64,000 bases of DNA. Source: Azolla caroliniana (taxonomy: Eukaryota > Plantae > Polypodiophyta). The stretch covers positions 22,320,001 through 22,384,000 of the forward strand of contig JBHGNT010000009.1 of assembly GCA_043228905.1 (NCBI GenBank), read 5' to 3'. Positions 1 through 12,137 of the stretch are shown here, piece by piece (position 1 is the stretch's first letter; the number at the start of each line of letters is the position of its first letter). Both the position numbers and the translations under genes were made by a program. A model generated the notes under the pieces. The model searched no databases and was not told where the DNA came from. It saw only the letters and a list, made by a program, of their open reading frames with translations.

Positions 1-418
1 GTAATACCATTTTTCTTTGATTTTGACCACTGACAATTTGTGGAACCACCTACTAAAAAGAATAGTGTGCGGTTCAGCTAATAGACACAACTAGCTTCAC
101 CGTATAACAACAGAAAATAAACAAAGGTTTAATGGAAAGCTTAGAAGATACACAGAGAATGTGGGAGAGATAGAGAGAGCAGAACACACATACAAAAAAC
201 TCTATTTCAAAAATAACAACAGTCTGTACATCGAATGTGCTCAGAGAGCACTTTTATACAAGTCCTTAAAAGAACTGACAGAAGTACTGACATGTACTTC
301 AATGCTCATAAGTTCTGAGTTACTGACACTATCTCCTAAAAATATGCCTACTTACTAGGCTAGGCTTGTCGGCCTCTAACGGCCTACCGGTTACACTCGG
401 ATCTGGACATCGACCCGT

Positions 419-1290
419 TGTAGTGATGGATTCCGGTCGTAGAGAGAAACGAAGCTGGATGCGTGTGAATGGATGTGTGCACAAATGCACATAAACTTAA
501 TACTTTATGTACAGACATATGTAAATAGCATAGGACTAAAAAGTGATAGGGGGAGTAGGATTTAATGGGTACTTTAAGTGCCACACACATAAAGAGGAAT
601 ACGAGGATTTGGTGTGGGGAAATCAAAGAGAGAATTAGGGAGGACAGAAAGCGGCAATCTTTATGGGTGATGTAACGGTCTTCCCCTTGTTCTATAAAAG
701 GGTAGGTTTGAGATTGTGTTAGGGATCCACGATTTGGGGAGGACGAAGCGTAGTCGGTTTGAGTGTCGAGCTCTCTCTCTTCTCTCTTTGTCTTGTGCTC
801 TGTACTGACTCTAGGAAGAAGGTGAAGCCTCTGCTTGCAAAGGAATCTCGTGAGCTCCCGACCAGAGGTTCGTGGTCCTGAGTTTGTGTGTGTGTGTGTG
901 TGTGTGTTTCGAGAGTGCATAACTCTGTTACTGGCAAGGTCCGGTTGTACTCCCCTTTGCATAATCTATTTCGTTTCATTGTATCCGATTGCTCTCCCTG
1001 TGTTGCATACACATCGTCATTCTGTCTCCGTTTGTGGCTCATGTTTCCTTGAGTCCGGAGCCTACGTGCTTGCTACTTGTTATCCAACGACCGGTTCAGA
1101 ACAAAACACATCTTTGATCCTGCGCACTCATTGTTCGACTTCTCGGGAAACAATTCAGACCGGGTACGTGACCGTTAACCAATCTGACGAATATATCTGG
1201 AAGACCTTCCTACTCCCACTGACTCCTTGGTCTGAGCCCCCCATGGTTCCGCCCTATTTCAACACATCCATGCGGAATACTGTGACACCA
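419..1290 (+). mobile_element. Gypsy solo LTR inserted in the 3' LTR of Copia D
   Basis: TG(419)...CA(1290). Aligns end to end with the reverse complement of LTR 13810-14688 (shared GTGTGCACAAATGCAC, TGTAAATAGCATAGGACTA, CTTCCTACTC..GACTCCTTGGTC). No internal domain next to it; TSD not clear. Confidence 0.75.
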
Positions 1291-2245
1291 TCTCTCCAGT
1301 ACGGCTCACCGATCCGGCTCTTCGATTTGATCTGAGCCTAGTTGATCGGCCTTCACCTAATTTGGCTCTCGGCTTATTCAGCCGATCCCGCCCATGTTGA
1401 GCTTGTCTGCTGAACACTCCCCCTCAAGCTCAACTTGAGGTCAATTCGTCGTGTCAGTCGTTGTCGGTCCTTGCCTCCGGCTTCTCTTGGCGTCTTCACG
1501 CCTCGCTTGCGCTCCTCGACCTGTCCGGTTCCGTGCACCTCAACCTTCTCGGTCAGCTTGTCAGCTTATCAGGCCCATCTCAGCTCCTTCGCTGATGTAA
1601 CTCTAGCGCTTCTCGACCCGTCGACTTCCGATGCCCTCTCATTTGCTCGGCCTTTATGTGATTTAGCTCCTCTGAATTGAACAACTCTACCGAATCGACT
1701 GTCTTCGATTAGTTCCCGCTCTTGTCCGAATTGGTTTTCTCCAATTCATCTTCAATCTTCAGGCCCTTCACCACATTAGACCATGTCCAGGTCTTGGTCC
1801 TCATCTTCCGGTCGGCTCTGTCCTTCTTGACTCTGCCACCGTTGCCGCTTGTTCTGACTTTATCGGATTTGTTGACTTCTTCAGTCGACTCGACTCCCTT
1901 TTTCTCAGTTGCTCCCCCTATTCCGCTTTCGTTCTCCTTCTCTCCGGTTGCTTCTCTAGTACCTTTACCTGTTCTCCCCATTTCTGTTCTGCCCCTCAAG
2001 TGCGGCACGTCAAGATGATGTAGCCCAAGCATCTCCGAAAAGTGCTACAACTTGGATCCGAGTGGCTTGGTGAATATGTCGGCAACCTACTGATCCGTTC
2101 TAACATACCGGAGTTCGACTTCATCACTTAGGACCCGCTCATGCACAAAGTGATAATGCACCTCAATGTGCTTTGTGCGAGCATGGAACATAGGGTTCTT
2201 GGTTAGCTGCATGCTACCAATGTTGTTGCAGTAGATCTGGATCGG

Positions 2246-2630
2246 TGTCAGAACCAAGACAGAAGAAAGATATAAAGAGCTCACAAGAAGAGAGGAATGA
2301 AATGATAAGAGAAGAACAAATGTATTAAAGTAGAATGAGAATGGATACAAGATAGGCGATGAGAGCTTAAGACTGGTGTTGATTCGAATTGATTTGAGAA
2401 TACATGTATGCCCCTATTTATAGGTTCCTATAGAATAGTGTAGAGATATCTATAATGTTCTAGAATGTTCTAGACCTAGAATATTCTAAGATGTTTTAGG
2501 ATATTCTAGAATGTTCTAGAATGTTCTAGAGTATTTACAATAATCAGTGTATTACAACGAGTAGCTTTTATCATCTCATATGATCATAGGCTATCTTAAT
2601 GGTTGGGTTCTTGATTATGTATTACAAGGT
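2246..2630 (-). repeat. 3' LTR of the chromovirus (U3 start and PPT deleted)
   Basis: Matches 7392-7799 but lacks the equivalent of 7800-7847. Confidence 0.88.
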
Positions 2631-5600
2631 AGGGCCCGGTTTGCTTGGATAGCAGCGATGGAAGTTGTTGACAAGAGCTTGAGCATTAGAAACATTATTG
2701 ATGGGTTCCCAAGTGCGATCACTCGGAAGATACCCTACCCAATTGACCAGTTCAGGGCCGTCAACAAGTTGGACAGGGGGCGGAGTTGGCACGACTCGAT
2801 TAGGAATGGAAGAGGTGTGACAAGGTTCCAAAAGAGAGCTATGAAAGCTGGGTGAAGCCGCATGTGTGTTGGAAGGTTAAGACGAAAGGTTGTATCATTA
2901 ATCCGCGCCATGATGAGAAAAGGACCTAAGCACTGATAATCAAGTTTCTCACAGGGCCGGGTAGTCTTGATGTGACAACGAAGCAACCATACTCGGTCAT
3001 CAACCTTAAAAGGAGACTTAAGACAATGACGATCTGCATTAGTCTTATGTTGTGCTTGAGCTGTCTCAAGATGTGAAGATAACGTTAACTGGATCCGGTG
3101 TAGTCGATGAACCTGATGCTCAACACTAGGGTTTCGTGAGACCTCGAGAAGATCTAGGATACACCATTGAGGATGGTTGCTAGTGTAGGCAAAAAAAGGT
3201 GTAACCTTGGTAGAAGAGTGTACCGTGTTATTGTATGCAAAATCAGCAAGATGTAAAATATTACTCCAATCATCTTGTTGATAACTGATGAAGCAACGGA
3301 GATATTGCTCTAGTGTTTGATTTGTACGCTCTGTTTGTTCGTCAGTTTGTGGATGATAAGCCAAAGTGAGTTTGCAGGAAATTTTGAGGCCTACCCATAC
3401 ATAGGTGCTTCCAAAAGTGAGAGATAAATTGAGGATCACGATCGCTGTATTGTCTGGAAAACCATGATGTCGAAACACTTCACGCATAATGAGATCTGCG
3501 GTTTCCGGATTACTGATGCTCTTTACACATGGTAAAAAATGCGCCATCTTGGTAAATCAATCAACTACTATTAAAATAGTATCAAATCCTTTTGAAGGTG
3601 GCAGATCCGTAATGAAATCCATAGAAATAGACTGCCACGACTTAGTTGGAGGCGGTAATGGTTGTAACAAGCGATAAGGATGATGCTTGGGTATTTTGGC
3701 TCGACAACAAGTGTCACATGTACGGACATAATCTTCAACAAAGTTTTGCAAATGAGGCCACCAAAATGAGTGCTTCACCAACTCCATTGTCTTGGCAATG
3801 CCAAAATGTCCAGCCATAGGGGCATCATGACAATGCTCCTATACTTGAAGGCGGGGTGATCCATCAGGGACGTAATGGAGATTCTTGTAAAAGAGTAAGC
3901 CATCTTGCCATTTGAATTCCTGATAGTGTTGAGATGACCCTTGCAATGTGGAGCAAGATGCATGGCTTGGACTAATGTGGGCTAAGACATCCTTAGCGAA
4001 ATCATCAGAGTGAAGTCGTTGCCGAATAGTATCTAGAAGGCTTGATTCAAGCGGTGTGGCATAAACTATTGTTGCTTGTAGCTTTGATGGTCCTCAGAGA
4101 ATTTGCTTTTGATTGTTGAAGGTTGGATCTCCAGGTCAAAGTGCGAGATATGATCGTCGACACAGAGCATCTGGTTTCCCTTGTTGTTTCCCGGGGCGAA
4201 AAATGATCTTGAAACAAAACGAGTTAGAAATTGTGCCCACCGAGCTTGTCTCCTATTTAACACTTGAGCTGTTTGAAAATATGTAAGATTTTTGTGATCA
4301 CTATAAATGATGATTTGATGAGGCGATCCTTCAAGAAATGTCGCCATTGCTCGAAAGAGTCGACCACAACTAATTACTCCTTGTTGTGCATCTCATAGTT
4401 AATCTCCACAACAGTAAATTTTTGTGAGTGAAATGCGATTGGATGGGACTGCCTGTCCTTGCTTGGTTGTGATAGGATACTCCCCAATGCAAATTCTGAC
4501 GCATCCGCCTCAATAGTAAATGGCCTTTCAAGATCAATATGCGCTAAGATAGGAGCTGATGTGAATGCCTTTTTGAGCTGAGTAAAGGCCGTGTCCGCTT
4601 CATTAGTCCAAACAAATGCTTGATCTTTCTTGGTGAGTTGGGTGAGAGGCAACACGATCTTTGAATAATTCCATATGAATTTGCGATAGAAATTAGCAAA
4701 TCCGAGGAAACATTGAACGTCTCGAACAGAACGTGGAAGTTTCCATTCCAATATTGTTTTGACTTTTGTTGGATCCATGAAGATACCCTTGGACAAAATA
4801 GTATAACCCAAGAATTCAACTTGTTTGCTGTCAAAACTACACTTCTCAAGTTTGGCATACAAACCATACTTTCGTAAGCGTTCAAGTACTTTCTGGACAT
4901 GCATATCATGCGCCTCCTGTGTTTTCGAATAAATCAACAGATCATCTAAATAGATGATGAGAAAGATATCCAGAAAATATCGAAAAATGTCATTTGCCAT
5001 ATGTTGGAAAACAGTTGGTGCATTTGTGAGCCTGAAAGGCATGACTGTATACTCAAAATGACCATACCGACAACGAAATGCAGTTTTCCACTCATCTCCC
5101 AGTTAAATTCGAACTAGATATTATGGGCACCCCTTAAATTGACTTTTGTAAAATGCTTTGCCCCACCAATGCGCTTTAAAAGACTGGAGATTAAGGGTAG
5201 AGCTTACCTATTTCTTATGGTGACTTTATTTAATCCCCGATAGTCTACGACCAAACGAAGCGATCCGTCCTTTTTCTTCACAGAAAATATGGGAGCACCA
5301 ACTGGAGGCTTTGAATGTCGAATGAACCCATGGGCAAGATTCTCCTCGATGTATTCTCGAAGAACCTCAAGCTTAGTTGGTGATAGATTGTAGATCGGAC
5401 CCCACGGTGGCTCTTTTCTTGGTTGAAGATCAATGAGACAGTCGTACGACTGATACTTTGGAAGTACATTAGCTTTGACTTTATCAAAGACATCAACATA
5501 TTCTTGATATTTTTTGGGAATTTGGATGTCTGAATTCCCTTGACTGGTACTAGAAGGTGTCATGAATATTGCAAATAAGAAAAGTTCCTCCTTTCCTCCC

Positions 5601-7377
5601 ACTTGGGACAATTATTGCAATGTAATGGTTAAGATTTAATGAAAAGGAGATGGTGTAGTGGTAGAACTATATTCTTTATGGGAAGAGTCTTGGGTTCAAT
5701 CCTTAGCAATGATGTTCCCTAATCAAGGGCATCAAATTTCTCGCCTCCTCCAATCGATTCCTAGGTTATGTAGCTCAAACCATGGCAAACCAAGGACAAT
5801 TGGATGCTCGGGGCTACGTATTATGTTAAAGGAAACTACACATCCTAAATCACCTAAGAGTATGTGTATTGGCTCAAACTCTTCGATTATCTTCCCGGAA
5901 GCTATGGGACGTTCATCAATCACTACTGCAGAAATCAGGCAAGGAAGGGTATGCAAGGATATTTGATGTTTTTGGGCAAAATCTCTATCCATAAAACAAG
6001 AATTGGCATCGGTATCTAAGAGGGCTTGGACCTGAAGTTAACAACTCGGTGTCCTAACTTGTACTTGGGTTGAGAAGACTACTAACATGCTTAGAAGAAA
6101 TGGAACCTACACTAGGTTGTACAAATATGAAGTTGTCCAACTAAATGGCTCCTATTTTGGCCGAACTTATTCGTTTGACTCCTCTTCTAATTGGCTTAGT
6201 ACTTCAAACTTATTGGAAAAGGGTGGATTATTCCTAATGTTAGGATCACTAAGTGCTTCCAAAATGTTGGACTCAGTTTTATTGTCATAATGAATTTGAT
6301 TTACCCAACGTCTTGGCGTATGGGAGCAATGAATGGCTATATGTCCTGGACCTCCACAATATAAGCACAGACGGTTTGCTCAACATCGTTGTTTCTCTTC
6401 ATCCGACAACGGTCCTCATTGTTGGGTCATATCGATCTCCATGGGTGGGTGTAGGCCTATCTATTGGGGTTGGACTACGTGGTTGCCTTGGAGTTGGAGC
6501 AGGGCTATATGTTTGCCTTGGAGATGACTGCGCCGTTACTGATGCATAAGTTGGTGTGAGTCTTGATCTTGTTATGTGTTGTTGTCATTCACGTCGACGC
6601 TCAAAAAGACGATTCTTGCACTGTATTGTTAGACTAATAGCTTCTGTAAGAGATTTTGGATCCTTGGGGAATGTAAGAAGTAAGTCTTTTACATCGCTAT
6701 GAAGACCAAACTGTAACTGCTCCATTAGGGCTTGTTCGTCCCAAGGAATATCGCTTGCGATGAGACGAAAATTGGCTACATATGTTGATGCTGGCTGATC
6801 ACCTTGACGTAGTGTACGAATCTTGTTGATCGTTGTTCTTGCCCCATCTATATCTCCAAAGCAAGCCTTAAATTCTTTGACAAATTCCTCGAAATTATGG
6901 AGTAGAGGAGAATTTGTCTCTAATAATGGAGCAAACCACGACAATGCTATGCCAGTCAATAAGGTGCCCACTAACCCGACTCGAGATGCATCTATTGGAT
7001 AACGCGTGGGATGCATTTGAATTACCAACCACACTTGATTCAAGAAACCTCGTAAATGTGCCCTCGAACCATCAAATTTAGCGGGGAAGCTGATTTTGGG
7101 CTCCTTGATAACTCCTTGACTTTCGCCCTTTTGTTGTTGTAAAATTGTGATTGTTGATTGTAGTTGTTGCACCCGTCGCGTAAACTCCTCTTGTTGTTGT
7201 TGCTGCTTCTCCACAGTAATCTTTTGTAGATATCCAAGAAGACGTTGATTCTCTTATTCAAAAGATGCGAACTTGGATTTAAGATTCTCCATTTCAACAA
7301 CGAGGGTGAGATATTCTTCTGAGTTGATGGCAACCATGGTTTCGTGATGTTATAGAGGAGGATAAAGGAGAGAGAGA

Positions 7378-7389
7378 AATTCGAATCAA
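7378..7389 (-). promoter_or_regulatory. Self-priming primer-binding site (Tf1 type)
   Basis: TTGATTCGAATT lies 2 nt inside the 5' LTR end. It is the exact reverse complement of AATTCGAATCAA (7553-7542), 32 nt downstream of the TATA box. There is no TGG tRNA-type PBS. Confidence 0.75.
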
Positions 7390-7391
7390 AC

Positions 7392-7847
7392 TATCAGAGC
7401 CAAGACAAAAGATAGAGTGACAGAAGAAAGATATAAAGAGATCACAAGAAGAGAGGAATGAAATGATAAGAAAAGACATTGAATGTATTAAAGTAGAATG
7501 ACAATGTATACAAGATAGGCGATGAGAGCTTAAGACTGGTGTTGATTCGAATTGATTTGAGAATAGATGTATGCCCCTATTTATAGGTTCTTATAGAATA
7601 GCCTAGAGATTTCTATAATATTCTAGAATGTTCTAGATCTAGAATGTTCTAGATCTAGAATATTCTAAGATGTTCTAGGATATTCTAGAATGTTCCAAAG
7701 TATTTACAATAATCAGTGTATTACAACAAGTAGCTCTTATTATCTCATATGATCATAGGCTATCTTAATGGTTGGGTTCTTGATTATGGATTACAAGGTC
7801 TTGGGTTCAAGCTCAAGTGAAGCCATGATGTTTATGTATTCATGACA
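7392..7847 (-). repeat. 5' LTR of the chromovirus
   Basis: Direct repeat of 2246-2630. Minus-strand start TGTCA at 7847, TATAAATA at 7585-7578, internal TCTAGAATGT repeats. Confidence 0.9.
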
Positions 7848-8995
7848 ATTAGGGTCAATACTTCGATTTAGAGTTCTTGCAGTAGGTTTCACAGGTCGTG
7901 ATGGTAGCTCCTTTGTCCTCAACCTCGGTGCTTGACAGAGCTATTGTCAGTTGTTTCTTGCTGCTCCACGCAACAACATCGCTTCTGAGATAAAACATGA
8001 ATCTGGATGTTGATCGACGATCCCATGCATCACCGGCCCAATCGGCATCAATATAGCCGACTAGTTGTTCGGCTACACCATGTTGGTACAACAGTCCTTG
8101 ATCCTTAGTGCCGCTCACGTATCACATTAGTCGATGTGCACACTGAAGGTGCTCAATGGTCGGTTGCTCCATGAATTGGCTGATCACTCCGACCGGATAG
8201 CTGATGTCGGGTTGGGTGATAGTCAGGTATATGAGGCTTCTGACAATTTGTTTGAACCGCTTCTCGTAGCAAGCTGCTCTGGAGTTGGGACGTAACTTTA
8301 GATTCCGATTAAGGGGTGTCAAGACTGGTCAGCAATCGGTCATGTTGAAGATGAACATCATATTGAACACATAGTGTAGTTGAGAAAAAAATATGCTGTC
8401 GGAGGTGTGGTGACAATCAAGTTGTCGACATATAGCAAAATACATACCGAACGAACAACGAAGGGTCGGATTTGGAGGTCACAAACCCCATCTTATGAAA
8501 CCGGTGTGTGATCTTCGAATTCCAAGCTCGGGGGGCTTGCTTTAGGCCATAAAGCGACTTCTTGAGTTGACATATTGTCGACTTGTTCAGTTCCGACTAA
8601 AATCCGGGGGGTTGGATCATATACACTTGTTCTTCAAGATATCCTTGAAGAAACACATTGTTCACATCCATTTGATGGAGATGCCACCCCCTCACCGCTA
8701 CGACGGCCAACACCACACGTACCGTCGTCATCTTCGCTACCGGAGCACAGGTCTCATAATAGTTGATTCTGTGGGTGTGTGCATATCCCTTGGCCACCGG
8801 TCAGGCCTTGTACCGGTTGACTGAACCGTCGGCATTATATTTCACCTTATACACCCACTTATATCCTATTTGTTTGCAATTCTCGGGAGGGTCAACCAAG
8901 TCCCATGTATCGTAGGCATCAAGTGCCCAAATTTCTTCCTCCATAGTAGCACGCCAATGCGCATCCTTTCGTCATGTACACATAATGGTGCGCCA

Positions 8996-11900
8996 ATCGG
9001 CTGATGTCAATCGGCTACATCCCAAAGCTCCAGGCAAAGACGGACTTTTGCGAGCATTGTCGATATGGGAAACATACCCGAAGTCCGCACTCTCTCCACT
9101 ACGAGATGGTATCACAACCCCTAGAGGTCGTGCACATAGACATATGTGGGCCCATGCCAGAGCGATCACTAGGAGGGTCATGTTACATCATCTCATTCGT
9201 ACATGAGTGTACACGGAAAGTTTGGGCATACTCTATCAAGTCCAAAGATGAAGTGCTGGAGGTCTTCACTCGATGGATATTTGAAGTGGAGAACCGGTTG
9301 GGATACAGAGTGAAGACACTCCGATCCGACAACGGAGGTGAATACACCTCCAGAGCCTTCAAACAGTACCTGTCCGAAAAAGGAATCTGACACCAAAAGA
9401 CCGTTCCCTACACACCCATGCAAAATGGAGTGGCTGAACGGATCAATTGGCACGATCCAAAAGAGGGTGATGGCAATGCTCCAGCAAGCCAGACTGAAGC
9501 TGTAATTATGGGCCGAGGCATTGCATAGGGCAGTGAACCTGATAAATCTAGCGCCGTCAAGAGCAATCAGGATCGAAATGCCACAAGCACTATGGTCAGA
9601 CAAACAACCGACCTACGATAGGCTCCGTATATTCGGATGCGAAGCCTATGCGTTCATCCCCAGGGATAAAACGACAAATCTGGCACCTCATGTAACGAAG
9701 TGCATATTTCTCGGTTATGGAACCGATGGGGACTTCGGCTACCGACTATGGAACCCTGAGAACCGGAAACTGATCTGGAGCAATGACGTGGTCTTCAATG
9801 AAGACTTTATCTTCTTTGAGAGGAACCAACAGAAAACAATTGGTAAGAAGGTATCCTTCGAAGACAACAGAACTGTCATAGAAGGACCGTCCCACCGGGC
9901 CGAATTAGAGAGTCAACAGATAGTTGAACTCCAACCAGTTGACTACTTCCATGCTGACACTTAATCGGCAGTAAGTCCCATCGTTGAACTGAAAGACAAA
10001 GTCATCAAAGTCATAGCCGAATCGACAAGGATCGATAAAGGCAGAGTCACCAAGAGGCAACTCAGAAAAGAGTTGACGACAACCACAAGGGAGAAGAACC
10101 AGAGACCGCCAAAATCCCAAACTGGGGGCAGGAGATCTAACAAGACTCCTGATACAGATGGTTCAACAAATCCCGATCGTCTAACAGAACCGATCAAAGG
10201 ATCCGAACGTAACATCTCAGCACCCAGGAGATTAGGACGAGCTCGAAGGCAAATAGAGTTTTATCAACCAGGCCTCGACTAAGTCAACGACACAGATGCA
10301 AGAGAACCAATCACGTATGAAGAAACTATGGCCGCACCGGACACCAGAACATGGCTACAAGCCATGAAATCCGAAATGGACTCGATTCACTAGAATCAGA
10401 CATGGGAGCTGGTCAAACTGCCTCTAGGAAGAACGCCGCTACCTTACAAATGGGTGTTCTGATACAAGTATGTATCCGACTCAGAGAAACCCAAGTACGA
10501 AGCTCTGCTTGTCGCAAAGGGATTCAAATAGGAATACGGGGTCGACTACGACGAGATATTCTCACTAGTAGTCAAGATGACCACCCTCCGACTCCTATTA
10601 GGAGTTGTGGCAACAGAAGACCTCAAGCTTGAGCAGATGGATGTAAAGACGACATTGCTACACAGAGATATGGAAGAAGACATATACATGTCTCAACCGG
10701 TAAGCTGAAGCGGAGCCTTCACGCAAAGTTAGCGATGAAGGAACTTGGACAAGCCCGACACATATTGGGCATGAGGATAGAATGAAATCGGACGACCAAA
10801 ACTCTCTGACTCTCCCAATCCGAATACATTTGCAAGGTGCTAAAGCACTTCAACATGGAGAATGCGAAGCAATTACTAACACCGCTTCCGACATCGATCA
10901 GACTATCGGATAGAGACTCTCCTTCAATAGACAAGGAGAGAGAGCTTAATGGAAAGATACCTTACTCATCGGCTGTAGGAAGTATCATGTACGCAATGGT
11001 GGCAACCCGACCCAACCTAGACTATGTCGTAGGGGTGGCCAACTGATACATGTCAAATATAGGAAGGAAGCATTGGGAGGCCGTCAACCACATCCTTAGG
11101 TATCTGAAAGGAACCATGGATGCCCAACTGACTTTCGGACTGTCATCCTCAACCGAAGCTGAAGGCTACACTAATTCCGACTATGCTGGAAATACAGATA
11201 ATCGGAAATCAACATTAGGTTACATCTTCACCTATGGTGGTGGTGCAATATCATGGAGGTCAAAACTTCAAGAGTGCACGACTCTGTCTACCACAGAAGT
11301 CGAGTACATAGCAGCATCGGAAGCAGTTAAGGAAGCGATCTGGTTGCACCGACTATTTGCCAACTTTGGAATTGCAAGCTGAATCGACCGACCAATGCCG
11401 ACCATCTATTGCGACTCACAGAGCGCAATACACCTCATCAACAATCCCGTCTACCATACGAAGACGAAGCACATTGAGGTGCGGTATTATCATATATGGG
11501 AGCTCATGACCGAGAAGAAGCTTGAAGTCCGGAAGATCGACACCGAGGTGAACATCGCCGATTGCCTAACGAAGCCACTCCCAGATCAACGCTTTAGAAC
11601 ACTAAGGACGAAGATGGGACTACGACAAGCGACCGAGCAGAAAAAAGCCGAACAAGGAGCAATAGGTAAGAGTTGATCGACACTCATATTATACCTCTAC
11701 CAACTCGACTACTTGGCGACAGACTTGGAACATAAAACTTAGTTCAATTTTGTAATCTAGATTTACGGGGGAGATAACCCCAAGCACTTGTATATGTATG
11801 AAAGAGTAGTCCTTTTACGGGGGAGTTTGTTGGCATAAAAGGCTGACTCCTTCCAAATTGTATCTGTCCGACTGTGAACTTGTTAATAAGTTAGGGCTTA

Positions 11901-12137
11901 GTATATAAGCAAATACCTAACATTGTAAAGAATGAAGAGTGGAAGAGAGACAGAGAACTGATTCTCTGGTTCTGTGTATTGTATCTCTGAGAGAGAGTGA
12001 GAATGAAGCAATAAAGCTTTCTACTAAAGCTTGCACTGTGTAAGTCTACGCCTACTCTATTTTTTTTGTCTGCGTTGGTTGTTGTTCATAACCGACAATA
12101 GATGCATACAAGTTTCCGCAAAACGCACTCGTCAACA
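8996..12137 (+). mobile_element. Ty1/Copia copy C1 (integrase-RT-RNase H-3' LTR), 5' truncated, pseudogenised
   Basis: CEHCRYGK, VHIDICGP, LRSDNGGEY (9004-9390), RIFGCEAY, GYTNSDYAGNTDNRKST, TKHIEVRY. PPT GGGGGAG before the LTR TGTTGGCA (11828)...GTCAACA (12137). Carries stops and an RT deletion near 10700. Confidence 0.9.
11828..12137 (+). repeat. 3' LTR of Copia C1
   Basis: TG...CA, follows the PPT, homologous to 22512-22814. Confidence 0.85.

Larger units (their letters stand above)
2246..7847 (-). mobile_element. Ty3/Gypsy chromovirus (Tcn1/Tf1-like), near full length, pseudogenised
   Basis: LTRs at 7392-7847 and 2246-~2630. Gag EPKISFPAKFDG (6585-7214), CCHC CLYCGGPGHIAIHC (~6322-6363), protease ALLDTDANSCFMD (~5985-6025), RT YLDDLLIY, RNase H IEADASEFALGSIL (4374-5042), integrase GHFG..FWWP..CDTC (3557-3817, 2735-3547), chromodomain-like LVNWVGY..SDRTWEP (2622-2831). 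TSD ATCGG (2241-2245) / ATTAG (7848-7852) differs only at a CpG. Confidence 0.92.
60..8975 (-). mobile_element. Decayed Ty1/Copia element D (RT-RNase H-PPT-3' LTR), 5' truncated, split by two insertions
   Basis: Minus-strand RT motifs APVAKMTTVR and HQMDVNNVFL..L.E.VYM.QPPGF (8597-8797). RNase H GYIDADWAGD..DRRST and WSSKKQ (7855-8118), resuming at 2245 as IQIYCNN..NPMFHARTKHIEVHYHF. PPT GAGGGGGAG (1417-1425) abuts the LTR start TGTTCA at 1416. The left LTR end was not located, so the start is approximate. Confidence 0.85.

Noticed and set aside
416-1176. Apparent non-canonical GT...AC LTR with a CGTT target duplication (416-419 / 1173-1176)
   Set aside because: Homology with LTR 13810-14688 continues to 1290, and that copy has canonical TG...CA ends next to a PBS. 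The 4-bp match is chance.
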